A stretch of 64,000 bases of DNA, from assembly GCA_964016885.1 (NCBI GenBank), contig CAXHJY010000279.1, positions 62,001 to 126,000 of the forward strand. The letters are read 5' to 3'. The notes beneath the pieces are model-generated. The model was not told the origin of the DNA. It worked only from the letters and a program-made list of their open reading frames with translations, and ran no database searches. Numbering within the stretch: position 1 is the stretch's first letter; every line of letters starts with the position of its first letter. The position numbers and the translations under genes are program-made. Source of the DNA: Eledone cirrhosa. Taxonomy: Eukaryota. This document shows positions 28,576 to 40,344 of this stretch, piece after piece.

Positions 28576-28930
28576 ATATCATGACTCATACACTGTTCAT
28601 TTTCCTGATATTTGTACATTATTCTATGTACTATACATGCACCTTTGATGAGTTGTAGTGCACCTGAGCACTGTACACAATAATTTCATTATTATTATTA
28701 TTTTATATATATATATATATATACAGGTGAATATTTAAATCGTATTTTAATTTATCTAAAAGATTGTTTAATCTTTGCTTGTTCTGCTCATCTCAATTTT
28801 ATAGCTCTGGTATCTCAAATTCGTACCATTGAGCAACAAATGTATTATAGACACCCTATATATTTCCATGGGTACTTAGTACCTGTGGGGATATTAATCT
28901 CATTTTATGTATATATATATATATATATAT

Positions 28931-29095
28931 CATCATCTTTGTTTAACGTCCATTTTCCACGCTAGCATGGGTTAGGCAGGAGTTGTCCCACTTGAGGCAA
29001 GGTTGGTCGGGTGACCGTGTCTCGCTCGTATAGGACTATCTGGCAGGTTTTCTACGGCTGGAAGCCCTTCCTAACACCAACCACATTTACAGTGT
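28931..29095 (-). mobile_element. RTE 3' tail fragment
   Basis: Reverse complement resembles 11150-11300 (GGTGTTAGGAAGGGC...AACCCATGCTAGCGTGGAA...GGACGT). Confidence 0.75.
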
Positions 29096-29109
29096 GGATA
29101 TATATATAT

Positions 29110-29885
29110 ATGATGGTTGCAAACTTGTGTTCCATTATTGCCATCGCCTGATAAAATGCTAAAAAAATGTGAGGCACGAATGTGTCTCTTTAAACCAGCC
29201 AAGGACTTGCACCATCTGGCACATACATGGCAACTGTAAGCTCCTCCAGGACTTTCCATTGCTTTGTTCTGGCTGTGTTCTCATGTGTCATTTAAGACCT
29301 CCCATGCTTGCATATTCCTTGCTACATTCCTTACAACTTTTTAGATCATAATCTACATAAGGTCTACTGATATGACTTTGTTCGTCTCGAGTCAAACCAG
29401 CTTTATTCAGGCAGACTTGATGATGTTCTACAGCAAGCAAACCAGATGATGTTCTACAGCAAGCAAACCAGATGATGTTCTACAGCAAGCAGTTCAGAAC
29501 AGTCTCCTTTCCTTACCTTCCTTTTCAGTGTAAGGTGTTCTCTCCGACTAGTTTCAAAGTGTTCACTACCTGACTTGATCAAACGTCTCCACTTCACTCA
29601 CTCCTCAGCCATTTTATCCCATTCGTCAGATAAAATTTCAGCACAAGCCAAGGTGCCCCTGACAAAGTCACAGTACTGCATTTTTGGTTTGTGTGGTGGT
29701 CGCCTTCCTTCACACAGTTCTCCGTAGAGAAGTTCCTTTGGAATGCAATCATCAGACATCTGGACCACGTGTCCACACCACCTCAACCGGTGCCGAAAGA
29801 TCATGCTCTCTATAGTCACGCACCTATTCCGTTCAAGAACTCCCAAATCACTGACGAACATTTTCCATCGCACCCCAAGTAACTT
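29110..29885 (-). mobile_element. Degenerate RTE LINE ORF end (BovB-like)
   Basis: RHRLRWCGHVVQMSDDCIPKELLYGELCEGRR and a terminal C2H2-like CHVCARWCKSLAGLKRHIRASH. Confidence 0.75.
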
Positions 29886-29950
29886 ATGAAGAGATTGTTG
29901 GTGACATCTCTCCAGTACCTTGAGATGCTTTTTGTAATATGTATATATAC

Positions 29951-30011
<61 letters not shown>

Positions 30012-30717
30012 GGAGCTTTAAACTATATATATATACATTATATAGTTATAAGCCAATGTTTTCTAGATGTATGTATGAAGGAGTTGTCTCCCTTGCAGAG
30101 AGAGTGATGTGCCTTAATTGCTTGAATTTGTAGCTGAATTCTTGACAAATTTGTAAATGTATATATACACACACACGTGTGTATATATATATATATATAT
30201 ATATAAGCAAATTAACAAACCACCGACGAGTACGCGCGTTTCAACCAACGGATTCTCAACTCCTAAGGACTGAGTGTCTATTTACTACGGATATAACCTC
30301 CCGCTATTTTACCACTACGTACGTTTCACAGATGGATGGTTCAAGGTACATACTTGTGTTATAGACCCGACCCAGCCCCAATTTGCTCATCAGTCTTATT
30401 AAAGAGTTCAGGACAAACACAGTGATGCAAAAACACAACGTTTTATAATTTTCACGTTTAGGAAGAAGTATATAAGGGTCTGGATGTGTCGGACATAGGT
30501 CCTTCTGCAGGAAATTGAAAGTTGGAAAAAAAGAGAGAGAAAAAAAGTGTTTGGAACAACAGAGTTTGGAAAAATATAGTTCTAAGAAGGCTGGGGAGGT
30601 AATCTCTTTTTCTGAGAGTAATCTCTTTTTCTTTATATAAATGTATATATGTTAGGTAATTCCGAAGAAAAGGCAAAGGAAAAAGGAGTGCTCTATGTAT
30701 AGAACAGAGCTATTTAA

Positions 30718-30930
30718 TTAGAAAGTGAACAACACAAAATATAACTACTCCATTACGAAAGGTTTCAGGACCCTAAACAATATTAACATACGTCTAGATC
30801 TCATTTCGTATTTTCATTTCATAATCTCTCTGTCTGATGAACGATCGATCTAGACGTCTGTTGATATTGTCTAGAGTCCTGAAACCTTTGGTAATGGAGT
30901 AGTCATATATTGTGTTGTTCACTTTCTAAT
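30718..30930. repeat. Partial inverted duplication around a hammerhead motif
   Basis: 30718-30800 is the diverged reverse complement of ~30847-30930. Confidence 0.85.
30828..30899 (+). ncRNA. Putative type I hammerhead ribozyme
   Basis: CTCTGT-CTGATGA-ACGATCGA-TCTAGAC-loop-GTCTAGA-GTCCT-GAAA-CC-TTT-GG-TA-ATGGAG. 6-bp stem I with two GU pairs, 3-bp stem III, GUA triplet. Confidence 0.65.
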
Positions 30931-30947
30931 TATATATGTATATATAA

Positions 30948-31001
<54 letters not shown>

Positions 31002-31394
31002 TGGTATGGGAGTGTGCAGGTGCGTGCCCACGCGTATAGTACAACCAGTTATGTCCCTTGTTTTAGCGAAAACATAAGCGGCACACAACATATTCTGAAC
31101 ATAACATTCGACATGGCAACACGTGAAAAAGATTACCTCCAAGGCTTATCAATAGGAAACTGATAAACGCTCCCCCAAGTTAAACCGGTTAGTCCAAAAA
31201 TTATTTAGTTAAACATGACTCGTTCTGAAAACATATGTATATCTTTTTAAAAAATGTATTTTATATTTTGTTGTCTCTATCTTGTCCGCTGGGATCACGG
31301 GGCGGACTGACCCTTAAGTTTTATTTATTGTGGTGTTTGGGTCGTAGAATTAATTTATTTTTCGTTGTGTATTTTAAACGTGCAGCATTGTGTA

Positions 31395-31451
<57 letters not shown>

Positions 31452-31937
31452 GTGATGGACTCTCTCGTCGATATCCGACGTATGAGTCCTCAACAAAAGT
31501 TAAATATGAGAAAGTGAACTGATGTTGAACTACCAACATAAAGTTTTGTTTTAAGTGGGGAAGGCTTGTGTAGGACCAACCACACTTTTTGGAACTGACG
31601 ACACATATCTTCGGTGCAAATGTTTGCCACGAAAAATACAAGGACAGCCCTCAGCTTTTTATGCCTCGAAGTTTAACCTCTCCGTATAAAAAAAAACACA
31701 CTCCTATATATATATAATAAAAATGAGGATTTGTTGTCTTCATTACGTTTGAGTAGTGACGTGCGTTACGCTATTGATCAGCTCAAGGTTCGATCTGTAT
31801 ATGGCTACTTTGTCTTCTCCATCTTGTCCTGTGGGACCACGGGGCGGAGTGACCCTTAAGTTTTATTGATGGTGGTGGTTGGGCCGTGGAATAAGTTTAC
31901 CTGTATTTTATTCTAAAATAAAAAGGTATGTCTAAAT

Positions 31938-33336
31938 CAGTGATTCCCAACCTTTTGCGCTCCATGGCCCCACCTCAACATCTTAAAATTGTTAACCTCC
32001 CCCACCCCGATTTATATGCAAACAGCAATTAAGAATTGCAAAGAGTAAACAAATTGGTGTAGGTGGTGCCAGATGTACAATAACATATGGAGGAGGTGAG
32101 GCAGGAGTTTCTGAGAGTAATGTGTACCAAAGTTACCTTGGTGTAGGTGGTGCCAGATGTACAATAACATATGGAGGAGGTGAGACAGGAGTTTCTGACA
32201 GTAATGTGTACCAAAGTTACCTTGGTGTAGGTGGTGCCAGATGTACAATAACATATGGAAGAGGTGAGACAGGAGTTTCTGAGAGTAATGTGTACCAAAG
32301 TTACCTTGGTGTAGGTGGTGCCAGATGTACAATAACATATGGAGGAGGTGAGACAGGAGTTTCTGACAGTAATGTGTACCAAAGTTACCTTGGTGTAGGT
32401 GGTGCCAGATGTACAATAACATATGGAAGAGGTGAGACAGGAGTTTCTGACAGTAATGTGTACCAAAGTTACCTTGGTGTAGGTGGTGCCAGATGTACAA
32501 TAACATATGGAGGAGGTGAGACAGGAGTTTCTGACAGTAATGTGTACCAAAGTTACCTTGGTGTAGGTGGTGCCAGATGTACAATAACATATGGAGGAGG
32601 TGAGACAGGAGTTTCTGACAGTAATGTGTACCAAAGTTACCTTGGTGTAGGTGGTGCCAGATGTACAATAACATATGGAAGAGGTGAGACAGGAGTTTCT
32701 GACAGTAATGTGTACCAAAGTTACCTTGGTGTAGGTGGTGCCAGATGTACAATAACATATGGAGGAGGTGAGACAGGAGTTTCTGACAGTAATGTGTACC
32801 AAAGTTACCTTGGTGTAGGTGGTGCCAGATGTACAATAACATATGGAGGAGGTGAGACAGGAGTTTCTGACAGTAATGTGTACCAAAGTTACCTTGGTGT
32901 AGGTGGTGCCAGATGTACAATAACATATGGAGGAGGTGAGACAGGAGTTTCTGTCACTAATGTGTACCAAAGTTACCTTGGTGTAGGTGGTGCCAGATGT
33001 ACAATAACATATGGAGGAGGTGAGACAGGAGTTTCTGACAGTAATGTGTACCAAAGTTACCTTGGTGTAGGTGGTGCCAGATGTACAATAACATATGGAG
33101 GAGGTGAGACAGGAGTTTCTGACAGTAATGTGTACCAAAGTTACCTTGGTGTAGGTGGTGCCAGATGTACAATAACATATGGAGGAGGTGAGACAGGAGT
33201 TTCTGACAGTAATGTGAACCAAAGTTACCTTAGTGTAAAACTAATAAGGTAAAACCTGAAGTTTGTTCTAGTTAACATTTTCAAATGGCCACCTTAAATA
33301 TTTAAATTGCCCCCTTGCTGGGTGTGCATCCCACGG
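31938..33336. mobile_element. Non-autonomous hAT (Charlie-like) element carrying an internal minisatellite
   Basis: Left end CAGTGATTCCCAACCTTTT. 8-bp TSD GTCTAAAT at 31930-31937 and 33337-33344. Right TIR mostly missing. Confidence 0.7.
32055..33231. repeat. 84-bp minisatellite, ~14 near-identical copies
   Basis: Unit TGTACCAAAGTTACCTTGGTGTAGGTGGTGCCAGATGTACAATAACATATGGAGGAGGTGAGACAGGAGTTTCTGACAGTAATG. Confidence 0.97.
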
Positions 33337-33639
33337 GTCTAAATAAAAGACGATATTTAGTTAATGGGATCAAAAACTTCGTCTTTGTGTATGAATTAAT
33401 CTATTTTTCGTTGTGTGTGTGTGTAAATATATATATATATATCCAGGGAGTGAAACGTAAAGTTACTGTAGGTTCACCCAGGTGAGCACTCGACGTTTAG
33501 GTACACTCCAGTAGCAGAGCTAACAAAGACGATTTGTTAAGCCTTCATGACGTTTATTGATTGGTGACGCACGTTTCGCTATTGATCAGCTCAAAGTTTG
33601 ATCTGATCGATAAGGTCCTAGATCTCATTCGCTTAGCGT

Positions 33640-33828
33640 GTGGGGTGGAACTCGTCAAATCGGACCGAGGAAGCAATGTTTCCGTTGGTCTTTCCGATTG
33701 CTAATACTAGCTACCGGTGGCAATTCCTGGCAGCAAGAGCAACGTGTCTTGCTCAAGAACATAACGCATTGCCCGGCCCGGGAATCGAACTCACAACTTC
33801 ACAATTGCGAATCCCATTCTCTAACAAA
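33640..33828 (-). mobile_element. SINE head fragment
   Basis: GTGTCTTGCTCAAGAAC...GGGAATCGAACTCACAAC is the reverse complement of the B box and central domain of the 699 SINE. Confidence 0.7.
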
Positions 33829-34049
33829 CCACACACACACACACTCGACGCAAACATCACAAAACGCATATTTCAAGATATGTCAGAGTTATGTCCCTTG
33901 CAGTGAAAGCGTCGACATTACAGTTGTTGACTTAATTGCTAGAAATAGTAGCCAGATTCCTGCTAAATTGCATATATACACACAAACATACATATATATA
34001 CGCATAAATATATGCGCGCGCATGCACACACACACACACACACATACAC

Positions 34050-35582
34050 TTGTGTGCTGGAGCATTATCCTGATGAAACAAGACCCCTTTTGTCAGTTTT
34101 CCTAGCCATTTGGTCTTGATAGCATTTCATAACTGCCTCAGAAAGTTGGCATAGAGCTCTCCATTGATGATAATATTAATGAAATTATTGTGTACAGTGC
34201 TCAGGTGCACTACAACTCATCAAAGGTGTATGTATAGTACATAGAATAATGTACACATGTCAGGAAAGTGAACAGTGTATGAGTTATGATAAACATGTGT
34301 GCGTGTGTATGGAGGGAGAATATCAGGTGTAGTGTTGGCGAATTTCAGGAAGCATGGAGGTTTTTAAGGATTCAGTGTCTCGACAGCTAACAACCCATGC
34401 AGGTAGTTTGTTCCTTGGAGGTTTTTAAGGATGCAGTGTCTCGACAGCTAACAACCGATGCAGGTAGTTTGTTCCATGGAGATTTTTAAGGATGCAGTGT
34501 CTCGACAGCTAACAACCGATGCAGGTAGTTTGTTCCATGGAGGTTTTTAAGGATGCAGTGTCTCGACAGCTAACAACCGATGCAGGTAGTTTGTTCCATG
34601 AAGGTTTTTAGGGATGCAGTGTCTCGGCATCTAACAATCGATGCAAGTAGTTTGTTCCATGCTTCGGTAACTCTGAGTGTGAAAAAAATGTTTCCGAATG
34701 TCATGGAAGCTGTGTTGTTTTCTGACTTTGTAGGCATGCCCACGGGTGTTAGACACATGGAATTCAAAAAGGTGTGCCTTTTGAAGGTAGTCAATAAACA
34801 CAATACCTTTTGCATCCCCCAAAAAATGAAGCCATCACCTTCCCTGCAGATGAAATGGCCCTGGCCTTCTTTGGAACATGTGAGGAGGGGTGTTTCCACG
34901 GCATGGGTTGTCCCTTTGTCTCTTGTTCAAAGTGTTGAACCTAACACTCATCCTGGGTTAGGAAACATTCAAGGAAACCAGCTGGATCTGATTCAAACAA
35001 TGTCAGATTTTCCGGTGATGTGATCAGCCTGGTACACTTTAGATCAAATTTCAGAAGAAACCTCCATTATGGCTAGTTCATTGTGCAGAATATTCTCAAT
35101 GCGCTCTCTCACGGGATATGCTAATAGCATTGGCTATTTGATTTATAGTCAATAGCCTGACAACCATTACCATGGGGTGAACACGGTCAATGGTTTCCTT
35201 GGTAGCGGTAGTTGCAGGACATCCAGACCTTGAGTCAACTTCAAGGCTCTCCCTTCCCTTCCTGAATTATCAACTTTTGCACTGTTGATAAAGCTGGACC
35301 GCCATCCCCTAATGTAGCAACCATGTCAGCATAAATGTCCTAGGAGACTAAACCCTTTTTCAGCAGGTACTTGATAACACCACATTGCCAAATTTTGTCC
35401 ATTTTCAAAAGGAGTCGCTACTAGTTACTTTTGAAGTCTTCTTTGAACATTCAGTTGACAGTTTACCTGGAAGGAAACAATTCAGTTATTAATAAGAAGA
35501 GTTGAAATTAATGCATGCAAGATTTCACAGAACTAGCATCACTCCGTCACAGTCAGCCTATGAACTTTTCAGCCCTGCCACG
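34050..35582 (-). mobile_element. Degenerate mariner transposon interrupted by a CR1 fragment
   Basis: Minus-strand remnants MDKIWQCGVIKYLLKKG, DAKGIVFIDYLQK, KGVLFHQDNAPAH. TIR-like end at ~35555-35580. Confidence 0.8.
34172..34778 (-). mobile_element. CR1 3' end with internal ~62-bp tandem amplification
   Basis: HLFEFHVSNTRGHAYKVRKQHS, homologous to 27737-28372. About five copies of GGATGCAGTGTCTCGACAGCTAACAACCGATGCAGGTAGTTTGTTCCATGG. Confidence 0.85.
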
Positions 35583-35584
35583 TG

Positions 35585-35618
<34 letters not shown>

Positions 35619-35798
35619 GGACGGGTAAAATTCCTGAGATCCATGGATGAGTTCTCTCCAGCGGTCTCTGTCCCTCATCATTGCTGTCATGTCCTGCATC
35701 TCCAACAGACCAATGTCTGTCCTTAGGGTATCAATATATGTCAACCTCGGTCTCACTCTTGTATGTATGTATGTATGTATATATATATATATTATATA

Positions 35799-35836
<38 letters not shown>

Positions 35837-36324
35837 TTATATATATATATAATATATATTATATATATATATAATATATATTATATATATATAATATATA
35901 TTATATATAATATATATATATAATAATATATATATAATATATATTATATATATATAATATATATATATAATATATTATATATATATATTATATATATATA
36001 ATATATATTATATATATAATATATATTATATATATATATAATATATATTATATATATAATATATATTATATATAATATATATTATATATATATATAATAT
36101 ATATTATATATATAATATATATTATATATAATATATATTATATATATAAATAATATATATTATATATATATATAATATATATTATATATATATATATTAT
36201 ATATAATATATATTATATATATATATAATATATATATATATATAATATATATATATATATTATATATATATATAATATATATATAATATATATATATAAT
36301 ATATATTATATATATATATAATAC

Positions 36325-36512
36325 GGTGGATTGGCAGTATCAGTAGAGGGTCGGACGTCATGCTTTGACGCATAGAGTTTCGGCACTTGCCATTCTGAGT
36401 TCAAATCCCGCCGAGGTTAACTTTGCCTTTCATCCTTACGGGATCGCTAAAATAAAAGTACCAGTAATGAACTGGGTATTTGCTGGCCTTGTGCCAAAAG
36501 TAGAAACAATTA
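36325..36512 (+). mobile_element. SINE (family of 12844) with an inverted tail copy at ~36620-36678
   Basis: Direct similarity. The reverse-complement tail follows across a TA tract. Confidence 0.8.
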
Positions 36513-36584
36513 TATATATATATAATATATATTATATATATATATATATTATATAATATATATATTATATAATATATATTATAT

Positions 36585-36620
<36 letters not shown>

Positions 36621-36887
36621 ATTGTTTCTACTTTAGGCACAAGGCCAGCAATTACCCAGTGCATTACTGGTACTTTAATAATCTTGTTGGTAGCTATGTA
36701 TGTGTATATATATATATAATATATAGATATATATATTATATACATTATATATATTATATATATTTATAATATGTATTATATATATATATATATAATACAT
36801 ATTATAAATATATATAATATATATAATATATATAATATATATAATATATATATCTATATATTATATATATATATATACACATACATA

Positions 36888-37325
36888 GCTACCAACAAGA
36901 TTATTAACCATCTTTCCAGCTACAACCCTGAGCACATTTTTGAAGTCCATGGACATGCTTACAAAATCAAGGCACAACACAGCTCCTATGACCTTCAGAA
37001 ACAGTTTTTTCCCACTCAGAGTTGCTGAAGCATGAAACAAACTACCTGCATCAGTTGTTAGCTGTCAGAACACCGCATCCTTCAAAAACCCATGCTTCCC
37101 TAAATTCTCCAATCCTGCACATGATATTCCCCCTCCATACACACGCACACATCTATCTGTGTATATCATGACTCATACACTGTTCACTTCCCTGACATTT
37201 ATACATTATTCAGTAATGTACTGGATAATTGCTGGCCTTGTGCCAAAAGTAGAAACAATTATTTTATGAACTATACATGCACCTTTGATGAGTTGTAGTG
37301 CACCTGAGCACTGTGCACTATAGTT
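36888..37325 (+). mobile_element. Degenerate CR1 3' end
   Basis: KIINHLSSYNPEHIFEVHGHAYKIK and a UTR homologous to 28200-28340. Confidence 0.75.
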
Positions 37326-37384
37326 TTCATTCTTATTACTTTTTCCTCTCATGTTATCCTTCAGTGTACCAATTCCACAATCGC

Positions 37385-38668
37385 TACTACCACCACCACC
37401 ACTACCACAGCCACCATCACAACACTACGCAACCACCACCACCACCATTACAACACTACACTAGCACCACCACCACTACAACTACACCACACCACAACTA
37501 CACCACCACCACCACAAGACATCACAACTACACCACCACCACCACCACCACAAGACGTCACAACTACACCACCACCACCACAACTACACCACCACCACCA
37601 CTATAACACATCACAACTATACCACCACCACAATTACACCACCACCACAACTACAACACCACCACAACTACACCACTATACCACGCCACAACTACACCAC
37701 CACCACCACAACCACCACCACTATACCACGCCCCAACCACCAACACCACCACTATACCACGCCACAACCACCACACCTACACCACCACCACAACTACACC
37801 ACCACCACCACTACTATACCACCACCACCACAGCTACAGCACCACCACAACTACACCACCACAGCTACAGCACCACCACCACTACACCACCACCACTACA
37901 GCACCACCACCACCACTACACCACCACCACCACTACAGTACTCAACTGGTATTTTTTCAGAGTCACTAAGTGTTACTTTGTTTAAACATGACATTTAATA
38001 TTGTCTGACCAACTCATGTATATATATATAATATATATATATACTGTGTGTATATTTATATATACATATATATATATATTGTGTGTATGTGTACGTGAGA
38101 GAGAGACTGTGTGTGAGAGAGACAAACATTGTGTGTATGTGAGAGACTGTGTGTGGGTATGTGAGACTGTGTGTGTGTGTACGTGAGAGACTGTGTATGT
38201 GTGTGTTCCTCTGTGTATGTGTGTATTCCTCTGTGTATGTATGTGAGCAAGTGTCTGTTATTGTGTGTGTGTAAGTGTGCAAATACATGTGTGTAAGTGC
38301 CTAGTGTTTCTATGTATGTGTAAATGCCTCTATGTACGTGTGTGTGTGTGTGCATTTGTATGTGTGTGTGTGCATGTGTACAAGTGCCTCGGTGTGCCTA
38401 TATATGTGTACGTATGCCTCAGTGTACATGTGTGTGTATGTGTATCAGTCTCGGGGTCCCTGTGTATGTGTTAATACCTCAGTGTGTATATGTGTGTGCA
38501 TATGTGTGTGAATGTCTTCAGTGTAAATGTGTGTGTGTGTATGTGTGAAGGCCTTAATGTACATGTGTGTGTACCTCAATGTCTCTATGTGTGTGTGACT
38601 GTCTCACTATACACTTGTGTGTGTGTGTACCTCAATGTCTCTATGCGTGTGTGACTCTCACTATACAC

Positions 38669-38740
<72 letters not shown>

Positions 38741-40250
38741 CTCAATGTCTCTATGTGTGTGTGACTCTCACTATACACTTGTGTGTGTGTGTACCTCAAT
38801 GTCTCTGTGTGTGTGTGACTCTCACTATATACGTGTGTGTGTGTGTGTGTGTCTCAGGTATCTCCAAGAAATGTTTGACGTCACCAGCAGTTGACAGATG
38901 GCACCAGTTGCAGCTGCTGATGTCGCTGTTGTCCTTGTCAGAGATGGAGTGGTGGTGGTGGTGACAGTGGTGGTGGTGACAGTGGTGGTGGTGACAGTGG
39001 TGGTGGTGGTGGTGACAGTGGTGGTGAGTGGGTTAATGGTGGTGAGTCTTAGTGGTGATGGTGACAGTGGTGGTGATAGTGGTGTTGTTGTTGTTGGTGG
39101 TGGTGGTAGTGTAGTGGTGGTGGTGATAGTATTAGTGGTGGTGGTGGTGATAGTGGTGTTGTTGTTGTCATTGTTCGTGGTAGTGTAGTGGTGGTGGTGA
39201 TAGTGGTGTTGTTGTTGGTGGTAGTGGTGGTGGTGACAGTGGTGGTGGTGGTGGTGATGGAGGTGAGGATGGGGAAGATGGCAGTGAGAGTGATGGGGGT
39301 AGTGGTGGTAGTGGTAGTGGTGGTAGCTTGTGGTGTTGGTGGTTGCTGCTGATGTTGCTGCTGCTGCTACAACGGTAGCAGTAGCAACAACAGCAGCAGC
39401 CACAACTACAACTGCAACAGCAATGACAACAACAACAACAGTAACAACTGCAGCAGCAGCAGCAATGACAACAACAACAACAACAGTAACAACTGCAGCA
39501 GCAACAGCAATGACAACAACAACAACAGTAACAACTGCAGCAGCAGCAGCAATGACAGCAACAACAACAACAACAGTAACAACTGCAGCAGCAGCAGCAG
39601 CAATGACAACAACAACAGTAACAACTGCAGCAGCAGCAATGACAACAACAACAACAGTAACAACTGCAGCAGCAACAGCAATGACAACAACAACAACAGT
39701 AACAACTGCAGCAGCAGCAATGACAACAACAACAACAGTAACAACTGCAGCAGCAACAGCAATGACAACAACAACAACAGTAACAACTGCAGCAGCAACA
39801 GCAATGACAACAACAACAACTGCAGCAGCAGCAGCAATGACAACAACAGCAATGACGACGACAACAGCAGCAGCAATAGCAACATCTGCAGCAGCAATGA
39901 CAACAACAGCAACAACTGCAGCAACAGCAACTGTGGCAGCAGTAACAACAACAACAACAACAACAACTGCAGCAACAACTTCTGTAGCAGCAGTAACAAC
40001 ACCTGCAGCAGCAACAGCAACTAAAAGCAGCAGCATCTGCAGCAGCGGTAACAACAACAAGAACTGCACCAGCAGCATCTGTAGCAGCAATAACAACAAC
40101 AACAGCTGCACCAACTTCTGTAGCAGCAGCAACAACAGCAACTAAAACAGCAGCAACAACTAAAACAGCAGCTTCTGCAGCAGCAGCAACAACAACAACA
40201 GCACCACCAGCAGCAGCAACAACAGCTGCACCAGCGACCATAGCAGCAGT
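37385..40250. repeat. Cluster of simple repeats: (CAC/ACT)n, (TG)n, (GGT)n, (CAA/CAG)n
   Basis: Directly visible. Confidence 0.9.
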
Positions 40251-40292
40251 TAAATGTCAAATAATTCCACTGTTAAAATGAAATGTGCTTGT

Positions 40293-40338
<46 letters not shown>

Positions 40339-40344
40339 TTTCTG

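Noticed and set aside
31155-31245. CTGATAA...GAAAACATATGTA possible hammerhead
   Set aside because: Core mutated and stems weak, so it cannot be supported. The same applies to CCGAAGAGGG at ~1724 and CTGATGT at ~4245.
32029-33252. 28-aa repeat proteins, CRISPR-like array or retrozyme
   Set aside because: Unit length is a multiple of 3 and open on both strands. There are no unique spacers and no CTGANGA in the unit on either strand.
39168-40241. Cys-rich or mucin-like ORFs
   Set aside because: CAA/CAG trinucleotide repeat with no splice or domain support.
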